Made by a program: the position numbers and the translations under genes. Positions 12,790 to 22,235 of a DNA stretch of 64,000 nucleotides are shown here, in pieces (position 1 is the stretch's first letter; the number at the start of each line of letters is the position of its first letter). Under the pieces are notes generated by a model. It was not told where the DNA came from, ran no database searches, and was given only the letters and a program-made list of their open reading frames with translations. Origin of the DNA: Methanocellales archaeon (GTDB lineage Archaea; Halobacteriota; UBA148; JAUWXC01); contig JAUWQV010000005.1 in NCBI GenBank assembly GCA_030610945.1, positions 7,321 through 71,320 on the forward strand, given 5' to 3'.

Positions 12790-14741
12790 TTTATCACCCG
12801 TGACTTGCCTGCTGGCAGAAATGGCATAATCTTATCAGGCGAAGCAATCTGCTTGACCAGGCGCTTATCCTCTGCTGATACCTTAGTGAGGAATATTTCG
12901 GATATCTCCTTTGCCACATCGTTATGCGTTTTATCGCCTGGCTCTATTTCTATGGAATATTTTGCCTTTTTCTCAATCGCACTGGGAGGTCCGCCAATGA
13001 CCTTCGTCTCATCATTTACCTCTATGCCTATCTCTATCCTTGTTGGAGCGCCCATGTAATTTCGCTTACCCCTGATCATAAAACTCCCTTTTGGCAAATA
13101 CTCACCTGGCAAAGGAGTCTTTGAAACCTGCTCAGGGCGAACCCAGTAGCATTTTCCTTCATATCCTCCGGCCTTCCAGATGCTGGAATATGAAATTGCG
13201 AACTGTGCCGCTTCCTTCAGTGTGGTTTCTGGGATGCTTTTACCCTCGGTTTTGACAATAGTCGCAGGTGCGCCGTGTACATCTGCATGGAAAAATACGT
13301 CATCAGGTGTCATATACTTCTTGACAATCTCCTCATTTGTGTCGGCGTCTCGCCCGCCCACCACAAGAAAATCATCAGACGAAATAAACCATCTTAATTT
13401 GTCATACCAGTGCTTTTTCTGCCTGACCCTCCGCTGCGGCGCTTTTTCGTATGTAATTTCGACTTCCAGGGCTTCGATTTCTTTGAGTTTCTTCTTGCTC
13501 TTTTCCAGCGCTTTTTGCGCCCCCTCTAACTTCTTCTTTTGTTCTTTGGCGCGCTGATAATACCTTTCGGCATTCTGCGGAATGCTCAAATTAACATCCA
13601 ATGCAATCGGAATGCCGTCTGCTTCTATTGTTACTTTTCCTTTGCTGGGGTCAACGCTTAGGACACCCTTCATGGTGGCAATTTGGTCCCATGGGACGTC
13701 CTTCTCTCTCGCTCCCCGGATGGTGCAGAGAATCTCATCGATGCGCTGGTAGTTAGCATAAAGACACTCAGCCTTCTGAACGCACTCCTTTTCTTTCTGC
13801 CTGAAACGCTGCACTGCCTCTTCTTGCTGTTTCAGCGTCCGCCTTACCGTGTCCAGTTGCGCCTCTTTGACTCCTTTTCCTTCTTCTTCTACCTTCTTGA
13901 TCTCCTTTACCGAGAAAAACTCATCCAGCGCCTCGTTAAACGTGTCAAAATATCTTTTTTCATACGTCTCGTATCGCATCAACTCAAACGGGAGTACGTC
14001 AATCGTCTCTTCTGCAATGACTATGTGCGGTTTCAGTGCACCAGTCCCAATCGGCTCAAATAGTGCGTGCAGCGTGGTATAAATTGATTCAAACCGCTCC
14101 TCATCTAGCCCCTTCGCAGAAACGCTCTTTTCAACACCAGCCCCGACGCACACCTCCTCTGCATACATGCCCCCCATATTCAGCCCAGAGGCAAGTGTCC
14201 TGACGACATCCTTCTCAGATTTGTCGAATAAGGTGCGTAACTCCTCTCTGCTAACTTCCATTGGATTCATCTGGGATGGCGGGTATTCATACTGCTCTCC
14301 TCTCCTGACTTTTCTATCGCGAAAACTCACCGGTTTTAGCGGCAGGATTATCTTTCTATCTTCATCCAGCAGCACGACGTTTCCCTTTGAGAACAACTCG
14401 GCTACGAGTACCCTCTTTGCATCACCGCGCTGGACGTGAATCTCAACGATTCTATCAAAATCGTATTGCTCTATTGCTACAATTCGCCCGCCAGTCAGGT
14501 GCTTTCTCAGCAGCATCGAGAAACTGGGGGCAATCCTTAGACTGGGGCGGGGATATTTTGTCAGATGCATTCGCTTGCCTGCTTCTATGACAAGGTCATA
14601 GCGCATACCCTTGGAACGCATCCTCAGTCGTATCTCATTCCCTTGCTGATACGCCTTGTCCAGCTTTGCGTCGATGAGATGTTGCAATTCTGCCACGACG
14701 GCTGCCACATCCACGCTTGACATCTGCTCTTTCATGTGCAC
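12786..14741 (-). CDS. NFACT-family protein (FbpA-N + coiled coil + DUF814/NFACT-R; RqcH/Rqc2 homolog)
   Basis: N-terminus MSSVDVAAVVAELQ..., a long KE-rich coiled coil, and WFISSDDFLVVGGRDADTNEEIVKKYMTPDDVFFHADVHGAPATIVK. Confidence 0.85.
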   Translation of the reverse strand: MHMKEQMSSVDVAAVVAELQHLIDAKLDKAYQQGNEIRLRMRSKGMRYDLVIEAGKRMHLTKYPRPSLRIAPSFSMLLRKHLTGGRIVAIEQYDFDRIVEIHVQRGDAKRVLVAELFSKGNVVLLDEDRKIILPLKPVSFRDRKVRRGEQYEYPPSQMNPMEVSREELRTLFDKSEKDVVRTLASGLNMGGMYAEEVCVGAGVEKSVSAKGLDEERFESIYTTLHALFEPIGTGALKPHIVIAEETIDVLPFELMRYETYEKRYFDTFNEALDEFFSVKEIKKVEEEGKGVKEAQLDTVRRTLKQQEEAVQRFRQKEKECVQKAECLYANYQRIDEILCTIRGAREKDVPWDQIATMKGVLSVDPSKGKVTIEADGIPIALDVNLSIPQNAERYYQRAKEQKKKLEGAQKALEKSKKKLKEIEALEVEITYEKAPQRRVRQKKHWYDKLRWFISSDDFLVVGGRDADTNEEIVKKYMTPDDVFFHADVHGAPATIVKTEGKSIPETTLKEAAQFAISYSSIWKAGGYEGKCYWVRPEQVSKTPLPGEYLPKGSFMIRGKRNYMGAPTRIEIGIEVNDETKVIGGPPSAIEKKAKYSIEIEPGDKTHNDVAKEISEIFLTKVSAEDKRLVKQIASPDKIMPFLPAGKSRVIK

Positions 14742-14794
14742 GATATAAATAGCGCAAACATTAACATAAGTGTTGGCAATATATATCGCCTACC

Positions 14795-15130
14795 ATGAAC
14801 CCAAACATAAAAATTCCAGAGAAGAGTGAGGAAGAGCGAAAAAAGGAACATATTAATGGCATCAAGAAGACGATTATACCCGGAGTCTTCGGTGTTGTTG
14901 GGGGTTTTATATCGTTTTATCTTGCTGGTGACGTCGTTGGTGGAGTGCAGCCCAGAGCCGGCTTTGGACTGGTGATACTTGTTTTCACCATATTCGTACA
15001 ACGATTTGTATTTCCGCTGGTTAGCATACCTGTGGTGGAGTTGGGCACAAAAGATTGGCTCTATATCGGGTTTATGACTCTGACATTTTGGTTTGTAAGC
15101 TGGACTTTTCTGCTTAATGCAAGCATATGA
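14795..15130 (+). CDS. Small membrane protein (2-3 TM, glycine-zipper helix), immediately upstream of ABCE1
   Basis: 111-aa ORF, GVFGVVGGFISFYLAGDVVGG. It ends 12 nt before the ABCE1 start. Confidence 0.5.
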   Translation: MNPNIKIPEKSEEERKKEHINGIKKTIIPGVFGVVGGFISFYLAGDVVGGVQPRAGFGLVILVFTIFVQRFVFPLVSIPVVELGTKDWLYIGFMTLTFWFVSWTFLLNASI

Positions 15131-15141
15131 TGTGACCGACT

Positions 15142-16899
15142 ATGAGGATTGCCGTTTTAAACAGGGACAGGTGCCAGCCCAAGAAATGCACATACGAATG
15201 TCAGCGATTTTGTCCCAGAGTACGGACCGGAGATGAGACCATCGTCATTGGAGATGATGGAAAGCCCATTATATCTGAGGAATTATGTGTTGGATGCGGC
15301 ATTTGCATCAAGAAGTGTCCGTTCGACGCAATAACAATCATCGGACTGCCAGAAGAACTTGGAGAAATGGAAACGCACAGATATGGCACCAATGGCTTTG
15401 CACTCTACGGCTTGCCAATTCCGCAAAATGGAAAGGTCACTGGCATACTTGGCCCAAATGGTATAGGAAAAAGTACTGCCATTAAAATATTGGCTGGCGC
15501 CCTCAAACCAAACCTTGGCAAGGAAAATCCATCATGGGACGAAGTCATAAGGCGCTACCGGGGTTCAGAGTTGCAGGAATATATGCGAAAACTTTCCAAG
15601 AAAAAACTCCTGGCAGCACAAAAACCGCAAGATATAGACTCGCTTGCGAGAACGGGGGGCAGGGTTAGCGACTTTCTTGAGGGCGTTGATGAACGTGGTC
15701 TGCTTAACGAGTTGATTGCCCAGCTTGGCATAGGGCACATATTGGGCAGAAATCTTAATGATATAAGCGGCGGAGAGTTGCAGAGGCTTGCCATTGTGGC
15801 ATGCGCTGCAAGGGATGCTGACTTCTACTTCTTTGACGAGATTACGCCTTACTTGGACATTCACCAGCGCATTAAGGCAGCCAAACTCATTCAGAAGCTC
15901 GCCGAGGACTGCACCATAATAATCGTGGAGCATGACCTCGCTATTCTGGATTTGCTGGTGGATGCGGTGCACATCGCATACGGTGCTCCCGGGGTGTATG
16001 GTGTCATTACCCATCCAAAGGGCGTCAGGGTGGGCATAAACGAATACCTTCAGGGCTTTCTGCCAGAAGAAAACATCCGGATTCGTCCAGGAGAGATTAA
16101 ATTTGAGGTGCATGCGCCAAGGTTGCATAAGGGCATTTCTTCGCTTGTAGAATTTGGCGCGTTTACGAAAAAATATTCTGGTTTTACGCTCAATGTGACA
16201 GGCGGCGAGATTCTAAAAGGCGAGGTTTTGGGCATAGTGGGCCCAAATGCCATTGGAAAGAGCACATTTGCAAAGGTGTTGGCAGGTGTCATAAAGCCGG
16301 ATACTGGCGATCTCGACCTCAAGGTAAAAATCTCCTATAAGCCGCAGTATCTTAAGGGCATAGATAAAGCGGTTGGAAACCTGCTGCGCTCCATCACAAA
16401 AGAGTTCGGCACAAGCCATTACAATACGGAAATAATCGCGCCATTGCAACTGGGGCGCCTACTAGACCAAAGTGTCACGGAGCTGAGCGGCGGTGAACTG
16501 CAAAGAGTTGCAATCGCGGCGTGTCTGAGCAGGGAGGCGGACCTATATATATTGGATGAGCCTTCTGCGCACTTGGATGTGGAGCAGCGAACGCTGGCAA
16601 CGAGAATGATGCGGCGATTTGCCGAGAACAATGAGGTGAGTGTTCTCGTCGTGGACCATGATATCTACATGGTCGATTTGCTCAGCGATAGGTTGATGGT
16701 TTTTGAGGGCGAGCCCGGGGAAAGAGGTGAAGCATTAGGTCCATTCGAGATGAGGGAGGGCATGAACCGGTTTCTAAAAAGCGCCGGCATAACATTCAGG
16801 AGAGACGAGGATACGAAGAGGCCAAGGGTAAATAAACCAGGCTCGCGCCTGGACAGGGAGCAGAAGGCAAAGGGGGAGTATTATTATCGGGCGCCATGA
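15142..16899 (+). CDS. ABCE1 / RNase L inhibitor (ribosome-recycling ATPase)
   Basis: N-terminal 2x[4Fe-4S] Cys motifs (CQPKKCTYECQRFCP; CVGCGICIKKCP). Two ABC cassettes (GPNGIGKST, GPNAIGKST, 2x SGGELQR). Confidence 0.95.
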   Translation: MRIAVLNRDRCQPKKCTYECQRFCPRVRTGDETIVIGDDGKPIISEELCVGCGICIKKCPFDAITIIGLPEELGEMETHRYGTNGFALYGLPIPQNGKVTGILGPNGIGKSTAIKILAGALKPNLGKENPSWDEVIRRYRGSELQEYMRKLSKKKLLAAQKPQDIDSLARTGGRVSDFLEGVDERGLLNELIAQLGIGHILGRNLNDISGGELQRLAIVACAARDADFYFFDEITPYLDIHQRIKAAKLIQKLAEDCTIIIVEHDLAILDLLVDAVHIAYGAPGVYGVITHPKGVRVGINEYLQGFLPEENIRIRPGEIKFEVHAPRLHKGISSLVEFGAFTKKYSGFTLNVTGGEILKGEVLGIVGPNAIGKSTFAKVLAGVIKPDTGDLDLKVKISYKPQYLKGIDKAVGNLLRSITKEFGTSHYNTEIIAPLQLGRLLDQSVTELSGGELQRVAIAACLSREADLYILDEPSAHLDVEQRTLATRMMRRFAENNEVSVLVVDHDIYMVDLLSDRLMVFEGEPGERGEALGPFEMREGMNRFLKSAGITFRRDEDTKRPRVNKPGSRLDREQKAKGEYYYRAP

Positions 16900-16912
16900 A
16901 ATAGCACAAACC

Positions 16913-18166
16913 TCACACCAACACATAATACAAGCCAACAGATGCAATCGCCCCTGCCGCCGTTGCAAGAAGATTTACCGAGTGGTTTGTCAGATATCCC
17001 TTGTTTTCCAGGGTCGCGCCGAGCAGGCTGTCAACATGAACGCCTATAAATCCGCCGAGAATGGGGGCGGCGACTACCACCTGCAATTCTGTCATCTCCA
17101 GCAATACGGCAAGCGCTCCTATGAGGGTTGCACCAAACAGCGCGGAAGTTTCGCCAAGATGAGATATAGCGCCGTTTGTGCCTGGCTTAACCCTCTTGAA
17201 AGATGTAATCATCCTTGGTAAAGTCTCTGACGTTTCGCCAATCTCACTGGCAAGTGTGTCTCCTGTACTGGTGGCTATGGCACCAAGATATGCGATCAAT
17301 AGGAAATACCAGCCCCATATGCCCCATCCTACCGCCGAAACCAAGGCAACAAGTCCATTGCCGAATACGTTCTTGTATCCGCGCGCTCCACCTTCTGCCT
17401 GTGCAATCCCCAGCGCCTCCTTGTATCCGTACTTGTATTTTGTGAACACCCCTCCCACCACAAAAAATACCAGAAGAAGCGCGAACCATTTAATGCCACC
17501 AAAAATGATGATTAGGATGCCAAGCAATGTTCCACTTAGCACGCCTGTAATATCTGCCGTGTTCGCCATGTATGATGCATACCCAATGGCAAGTGTGAGC
17601 GCAAGTGCGAGCATGACCTGGGATGGAGAGGTCCAGTATCCAAACCCTGCAAATAGCCACATCGCCATTGCGGACCCAAATGGTATGGTCAAATTATCGG
17701 TTTTGTGGGGGATGGATTTGAGCAGCGCCCCTGTCACTGCACCTATTGTTGCCAAGAAGAACATGAATTGATAGAACGCATCTCCTGGGCCTACAAAGGC
17801 AACGGTCCAACTGCCAATGAGAAACGCACCCACGATGCCGAAGAATAGGAACAAGATGCTGCCTGGAATCGTCTTTATATAATGGGATGGTTCAACGGTG
17901 CCGGAGGCAAAAGAGCCGAAAACGCTGATGGCGATTGACGCGCCAATGATGTACATTGGAAGGTTCAATGCCCACGATAGCACCGCCAACGCCAAAAAGG
18001 CGAGGCAGAGGTGCAGCAATCGTGATAGAGATTTGCATTTGAGGAGTACGCCAGCAGTCAAGGCTGAGACGATGAGCGTTAGCTGCCACCCTCTAAAAAA
18101 CGGTAGCATTAGGGCAATGCAGCCGAATAAGATTAATAGCAACCCCTCGTGTTTCTCTTTTTCCAA
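16913..18166 (-). CDS. Polytopic membrane protein with a C-terminal DUF92 (TMEM19/VTE6-like) domain
   Basis: 417 aa and more than 10 TM segments. STGDTLASEIGETS matches the DUF92 signature as I recall it. Confidence 0.65.
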   Translation of the reverse strand: MEKEKHEGLLLILFGCIALMLPFFRGWQLTLIVSALTAGVLLKCKSLSRLLHLCLAFLALAVLSWALNLPMYIIGASIAISVFGSFASGTVEPSHYIKTIPGSILFLFFGIVGAFLIGSWTVAFVGPGDAFYQFMFFLATIGAVTGALLKSIPHKTDNLTIPFGSAMAMWLFAGFGYWTSPSQVMLALALTLAIGYASYMANTADITGVLSGTLLGILIIIFGGIKWFALLLVFFVVGGVFTKYKYGYKEALGIAQAEGGARGYKNVFGNGLVALVSAVGWGIWGWYFLLIAYLGAIATSTGDTLASEIGETSETLPRMITSFKRVKPGTNGAISHLGETSALFGATLIGALAVLLEMTELQVVVAAPILGGFIGVHVDSLLGATLENKGYLTNHSVNLLATAAGAIASVGLYYVLV

Positions 18167-18220
18167 CTCTCTTTCCTCACAGAAACCCTTTATCCCTTTA
18201 CTTACTTATATCTAGCCAAG

Positions 18221-18874
18221 ATGAGCGACGCTATTCTGGAACCATATGAACGTAGGATTGTCAGCCAGATTGAGAAAGAAAGGCTCCCACAACACATACT
18301 CCTCATCATCTCGGACGAGGATTTGCAGACAGACGAGGGCATACAAAAGCTCAAAGCATTTGCCTCATGGTGCACCAATCTCGGAATTATGCATATCATG
18401 ATGCATGTCAGCGTTATTGATGCTGGAGAAATTGGCAGGCAATTTTGCTCAAAGTTGAGGGAACGGTTGGTTAAGACAATGAGCAGTCTGCCAGCAGAAA
18501 TCATGGTTTATACCGGGCACGAAAAAGTGAGAATAAAGCACGACAAACCATGTGCATCGCTTGAAATTTCAATTGGCTATGGAGGGAGATATGAGCTTGC
18601 ACAGGCGATGAAGCAAATTGCGCAAAAGGTTGAAGGCGGCGAGATAACGCCAGACGACATCGACGAAATGCTGATAGAATCACATCTCATATTTAAATCT
18701 GCGCCGGATCTCATCATCAAAACCGGAGGAGTTCGACTGACAGATTTCCTCATCTGGCAATCTGTCTACTCAGAGCTCTATTTCACAGACGTGAACTGGC
18801 CTGGTTTTAGAAAAGTAGATTTATTACGGGCGGTCAGGGACTTCCAGGGGCGCCAGAGACGATTTGGGGAGTGA
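18221..18874 (+). CDS. cis-Prenyltransferase (UppS) family paralog lacking the catalytic Asp/DGNxRW motif but retaining the C-terminal RxG (NgBR/Nus1-like subunit)
   Basis: HILLIISDEDL replaces (I/V)xxDGNRRWA. GYGGRYELAQAMKQI and FLIWQSVYSELYFTDVNWPGF...RQRRFGE* are present. The ATG at 18221 is preferred over the track start at 18149, which would overlap the divergent gene. Confidence 0.75.
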   Translation: MSDAILEPYERRIVSQIEKERLPQHILLIISDEDLQTDEGIQKLKAFASWCTNLGIMHIMMHVSVIDAGEIGRQFCSKLRERLVKTMSSLPAEIMVYTGHEKVRIKHDKPCASLEISIGYGGRYELAQAMKQIAQKVEGGEITPDDIDEMLIESHLIFKSAPDLIIKTGGVRLTDFLIWQSVYSELYFTDVNWPGFRKVDLLRAVRDFQGRQRRFGE

Positions 18875-19777
18875 TTGTAAAATCGCCATTATATCGCCTC
18901 TTGTCGTATTCAGTATGTGCTTGGACATAGCAACTACCTCTTCGGCTTCAGCGCGTCCGCATTCGCTTAACAATTTGATGACCCTCAGCACGGTGCTGCG
19001 TCTCTTCTCCTCCTCTCGCATCTGGTATGTCCTGATAGCCCTAAGAAAGTCAATCTTCCTAAACTCAGGCCAGTATGGTGCGCAGAAATAGGCCGCGCAC
19101 TCATTGCCGCTCGCTTGCCAAGGGAGAAAATTAGACGTGCGCCTCTCTCCGCCCGTGCGTATGATCAGGTCTACGTTGATGGGATTGCCCTGGTACAGGT
19201 GGGCAGATATGGTTTTCTCATCAATGTCCTCAGCCTTCAGCTCTCCGGTAGCGACCTTCTTTGCTATTGCCCTTGCCACGTCCACCATCTCCTGTCGTCC
19301 GCCGTATGCCAGTGCGACGTTAAAGTAAAATTCATCATGCCCCTTGGTCGCCCGCTCAACCTTTTTAATCGCCCTTCTCACCGACCACGGAAATAGTTTC
19401 ACGTTGCCAACAGCTCTTACCCCTACTTTATTGTTATGGATTCTGGCATCGGTACACATTTCTTCAAGTTTTTGTTTAAATAATCCGTAGAGTTGCACCT
19501 TCTCGGCGTACGGCCTGTGAAAATTTTCAGTGGAGAAACTATAGACGGTCAGTTGCCTGACCCCAACTTCTATACACCACTCCAGCACACTCTCGGTGGT
19601 TTGAGCACCGCATATATGGCCATGGTGCAGAGGCTTGCCAAGTTTTGCGGCATATCTCCTGTTTCCATCCTGTATTATCGCAATATGCGATGGAATAGGG
19701 CCTTCCATAACCTCCTTGGCAAGGAGACGTTCGTATCCATCATAAAGAGAATCTATGACCTGCCTCAATGTATGCAC
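18824..19777 (-). CDS. uppS: cis-Prenyltransferase catalytic subunit (undecaprenyl/dolichyl-diphosphate synthase family) with a C-terminal extension
   Basis: HIAIIQDGNRRYA, YSFSTENFHRP, NVALAYGGRQEM and IRTGGERRTSNFLPWQ. It lacks the C-terminal RxG. GTG start. Confidence 0.9.
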   Translation of the reverse strand: MHTLRQVIDSLYDGYERLLAKEVMEGPIPSHIAIIQDGNRRYAAKLGKPLHHGHICGAQTTESVLEWCIEVGVRQLTVYSFSTENFHRPYAEKVQLYGLFKQKLEEMCTDARIHNNKVGVRAVGNVKLFPWSVRRAIKKVERATKGHDEFYFNVALAYGGRQEMVDVARAIAKKVATGELKAEDIDEKTISAHLYQGNPINVDLIIRTGGERRTSNFLPWQASGNECAAYFCAPYWPEFRKIDFLRAIRTYQMREEEKRRSTVLRVIKLLSECGRAEAEEVVAMSKHILNTTRGDIMAILQSLPKSSLAPLEVPDRP

Positions 19778-19780
19778 AAC

Positions 19781-20083
19781 CTAATAGTTTTCCAAAACAG
19801 ATTTGACGAGCTGCTTGTATCCTTCTTTAAGCGAATATATGTTGTGGTCTCCAGTTACGTCGATTGAAAGGATGCCCAATCTGGTATTCATTAGGCCCAC
19901 CATGGCTGAGATGCCCCTATAATTCACGTCAAATCCTAGCTCTACCAGCCTATTATATATGTCCTCTGTGGTGTATCCTTCATTTTGGAGAAATAGTTTG
20001 AGGACTGCTTTTCGTATCCCTACCCCATCTCTCTCTAGGTAGTTTCTTAGCCTTTCTTTGATTTTATCATCTAGATTATGCAG
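19781..20083 (-). CDS. Small wHTH-like protein (DUF2551-like by recollection); no canonical start, putative CTG initiation
   Basis: The frame is open from the TAG at 20087..20089 to the TAG at 19781..19783: (L)HNLDDKIKERLRNYLERDGVGIRKAVLKLFLQNEGYTTEDIYNRLVELGFDVNYRGISAMVGLMNTRLGILSIDVTGDHNIYSLKEGYKQLVKSVLENY. The first ATG/GTG/TTG is codon 53. GGTGGTG sits about 9 nt upstream of the CTG. The ORF ends 4 nt before uppS. Confidence 0.45.
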   Translation of the reverse strand: MHNLDDKIKERLRNYLERDGVGIRKAVLKLFLQNEGYTTEDIYNRLVELGFDVNYRGISAMVGLMNTRLGILSIDVTGDHNIYSLKEGYKQLVKSVLENY

Positions 20084-20184
20084 GTCCTACACCACCCTTG
20101 CATAACTGTATCATCTTACAACGATTATAAAACTATTCTCTTCTAGGGTAGCGCTATTCTCTTTATTGTATCCCAGCCAACAGT

Positions 20185-21693
20185 TTACACTTGGGAAATC
20201 TGCTCTAACCTCTCCCTGACAAAGGCGGGGTCCAGCGATATGAGGAACCAGCCAGCCCTCGGTCCTGATGACGTGCCAAGCAGCGCAATATAGATGGCTC
20301 TGAATGCCTCCTTTGGTTCTACACCAACCTCTTTGGCAATCCTATAAATCTCTTCATGCAGGGCATCTGCAGTCCATCTACGTTCGATCTGGGTTGCCAG
20401 AGCTGCCAACATCTTCTTTTGTTTCGAGGATAAATCCTTAATTGCAGGAGGTGTGCTCTCCTGTATCTTGAACTTGACCGATGGAGGGGCAAATTTATCC
20501 AGCCAATTTCTTGCGTTATGAACTCTCTGCCTGATGGCATTTATATCGTCAATTTCATATCCGCTGCGTTTGAGCACCTCTATGACATGGTTAAAATCCT
20601 TGGCGATTTGTACGATTGTGACCACATGTCGAAATGGAACTCTCGTAGACACCGAAGTCGGAAGTTGCGATAATTTGTATGGCCTGTTATCTTGCGTCAT
20701 TCCGTCATATTCGTCTATGAGATTCAATAACGCCAATCCCGGGTCAAAATCGATATGCCTCTCTGGTTTAGTCCGGATAATCATATAGTGCAGCACCTCA
20801 GGAGGGACTACGTCAAGCATGTCTTGGATTGATATAGTAACGCCCATGGAGGACGACATCTTGCCCTTCCCCTTGAGAAATATATGCTCAAATGCGATAG
20901 GGTATGGGGGTTCATAATTGTAAACCTCCTTGGAGATGCGCACCCCGGTATCATATGACCCTCCTGCGACAGCATGGTCCTTGCCAAAAGGCTCTACAGT
21001 GATGCCAAGCATCTTCCATCGTGCAGGCCAGTCCACCCTCCATGTAAGTTTCCCCTCTCCTTTGGATATGTCTGCAGTGCCGGCAGATCCGCACTGGCAT
21101 CTGTAGTTTATCTGGTCCCCCTCCTGTCCTGTAACCGTTGCCATCGTTATCCTGCCGCACTCTTTGCACAATGGATTGAAAGGGCTCCAGGTCGTGGGAG
21201 TAGTTTTTCCGGTAATATCGTCGAGTATTTGCGCAATCTTGTCCCTATTTTTTAGCGCTACTTTAATGACTTCTGTATATTCTCCCCTCTTATACATCTG
21301 GTCTGCTCTGTAGACCTCCATTGTGATGCCGAGTTTTTCTAATGCCTCCAGAAATGGGCATAAAAAATGCTCTGCATAATTTGAGCAGCACCCCTCTGGG
21401 TCCGGTATCTCTGAGATGGGCTTTCCCACGTGTAATGCGTAGTCATCTGGAAGGAAGGGATACGCCTTGCGGAGGGGGTCATAGGTATCTGCTATATATA
21501 TCACACGCGTATCAGCGCCCTTGTTTTTTAGCGCTCTATCTACTGCATCTGCTGTGACCACCTCTCTCATATTTCCGATATGTATATGCCCCGAGGGAGT
21601 GATGCCAGTCGCAATCACGTGCTTCTTTCCTCTTTCCAGCACGTTTGTTGCAATGACATCTGCCCAGTGAATGCTCTCTTTTTTCGCCCTCAT
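20185..21693 (-). CDS. lysK: Class I lysyl-tRNA synthetase
   Basis: HWADVIA...TGITPSGHIHIGNMREV (HIGH-type motif) and GKGKMSSSMG (KMSKS-type motif). The length is typical of the archaeal class I enzyme. Confidence 0.95.
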   Translation of the reverse strand: MRAKKESIHWADVIATNVLERGKKHVIATGITPSGHIHIGNMREVVTADAVDRALKNKGADTRVIYIADTYDPLRKAYPFLPDDYALHVGKPISEIPDPEGCCSNYAEHFLCPFLEALEKLGITMEVYRADQMYKRGEYTEVIKVALKNRDKIAQILDDITGKTTPTTWSPFNPLCKECGRITMATVTGQEGDQINYRCQCGSAGTADISKGEGKLTWRVDWPARWKMLGITVEPFGKDHAVAGGSYDTGVRISKEVYNYEPPYPIAFEHIFLKGKGKMSSSMGVTISIQDMLDVVPPEVLHYMIIRTKPERHIDFDPGLALLNLIDEYDGMTQDNRPYKLSQLPTSVSTRVPFRHVVTIVQIAKDFNHVIEVLKRSGYEIDDINAIRQRVHNARNWLDKFAPPSVKFKIQESTPPAIKDLSSKQKKMLAALATQIERRWTADALHEEIYRIAKEVGVEPKEAFRAIYIALLGTSSGPRAGWFLISLDPAFVRERLEQISQV

Positions 21694-22235
21694 TTCACAT
21701 CCACAACCTCACTTGCCACCACGAATTTAGAACCTCCCGCATGGAGCAGGGGCTTGACTTTTGCAACATCTAAAGACCCACCCACCATCATACCATCCTC
21801 ACATGATTTAGCGATAACCTCTCCGATGACGACAATGTGGTCACCAATCTCGAACGTATTTGCCAGCTTGCACTCCAGATGTGTAGCGCACTCTTTAATT
21901 CTTGGCGGCTTGACTCTTATTGAATCGAGAGGCGTTAATCCGGTCTCTTTAAATTTATCGACATCTCTCCCAGAGTGCTTTCCACAAAACCAGACCTTAT
22001 CGATGATATCCACAGTTGGCAGATTAATCACGAACTCCTTGTTGTGAGCAATGCACTCATATGTATACCTCTTTGGTGCAAGACAAACGGCAATCATCTC
22101 GGGATTGGACGAAACGCTCGTAATCCATGCAAACGTTGCAACGTTTGGCTTTCCATTAGGATATATTGTAGTAATTAAGCCTATTAGTTGGGGGCTGTAC
22201 AAACGATTCGCTTTTACATCTGTGCTAATCTTCAT
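21690..22235 (-). CDS. Flavin reductase-like (FMN-binding split-barrel) protein
   Basis: LIGLITTIYPNGKPNVATFAWITSVSSNPEMIAVCLAPKRYTYECI...FVINLP. ATGA-coupled to lysK. Confidence 0.75.
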   Translation of the reverse strand: MKISTDVKANRLYSPQLIGLITTIYPNGKPNVATFAWITSVSSNPEMIAVCLAPKRYTYECIAHNKEFVINLPTVDIIDKVWFCGKHSGRDVDKFKETGLTPLDSIRVKPPRIKECATHLECKLANTFEIGDHIVVIGEVIAKSCEDGMMVGGSLDVAKVKPLLHAGGSKFVVASEVVDVK

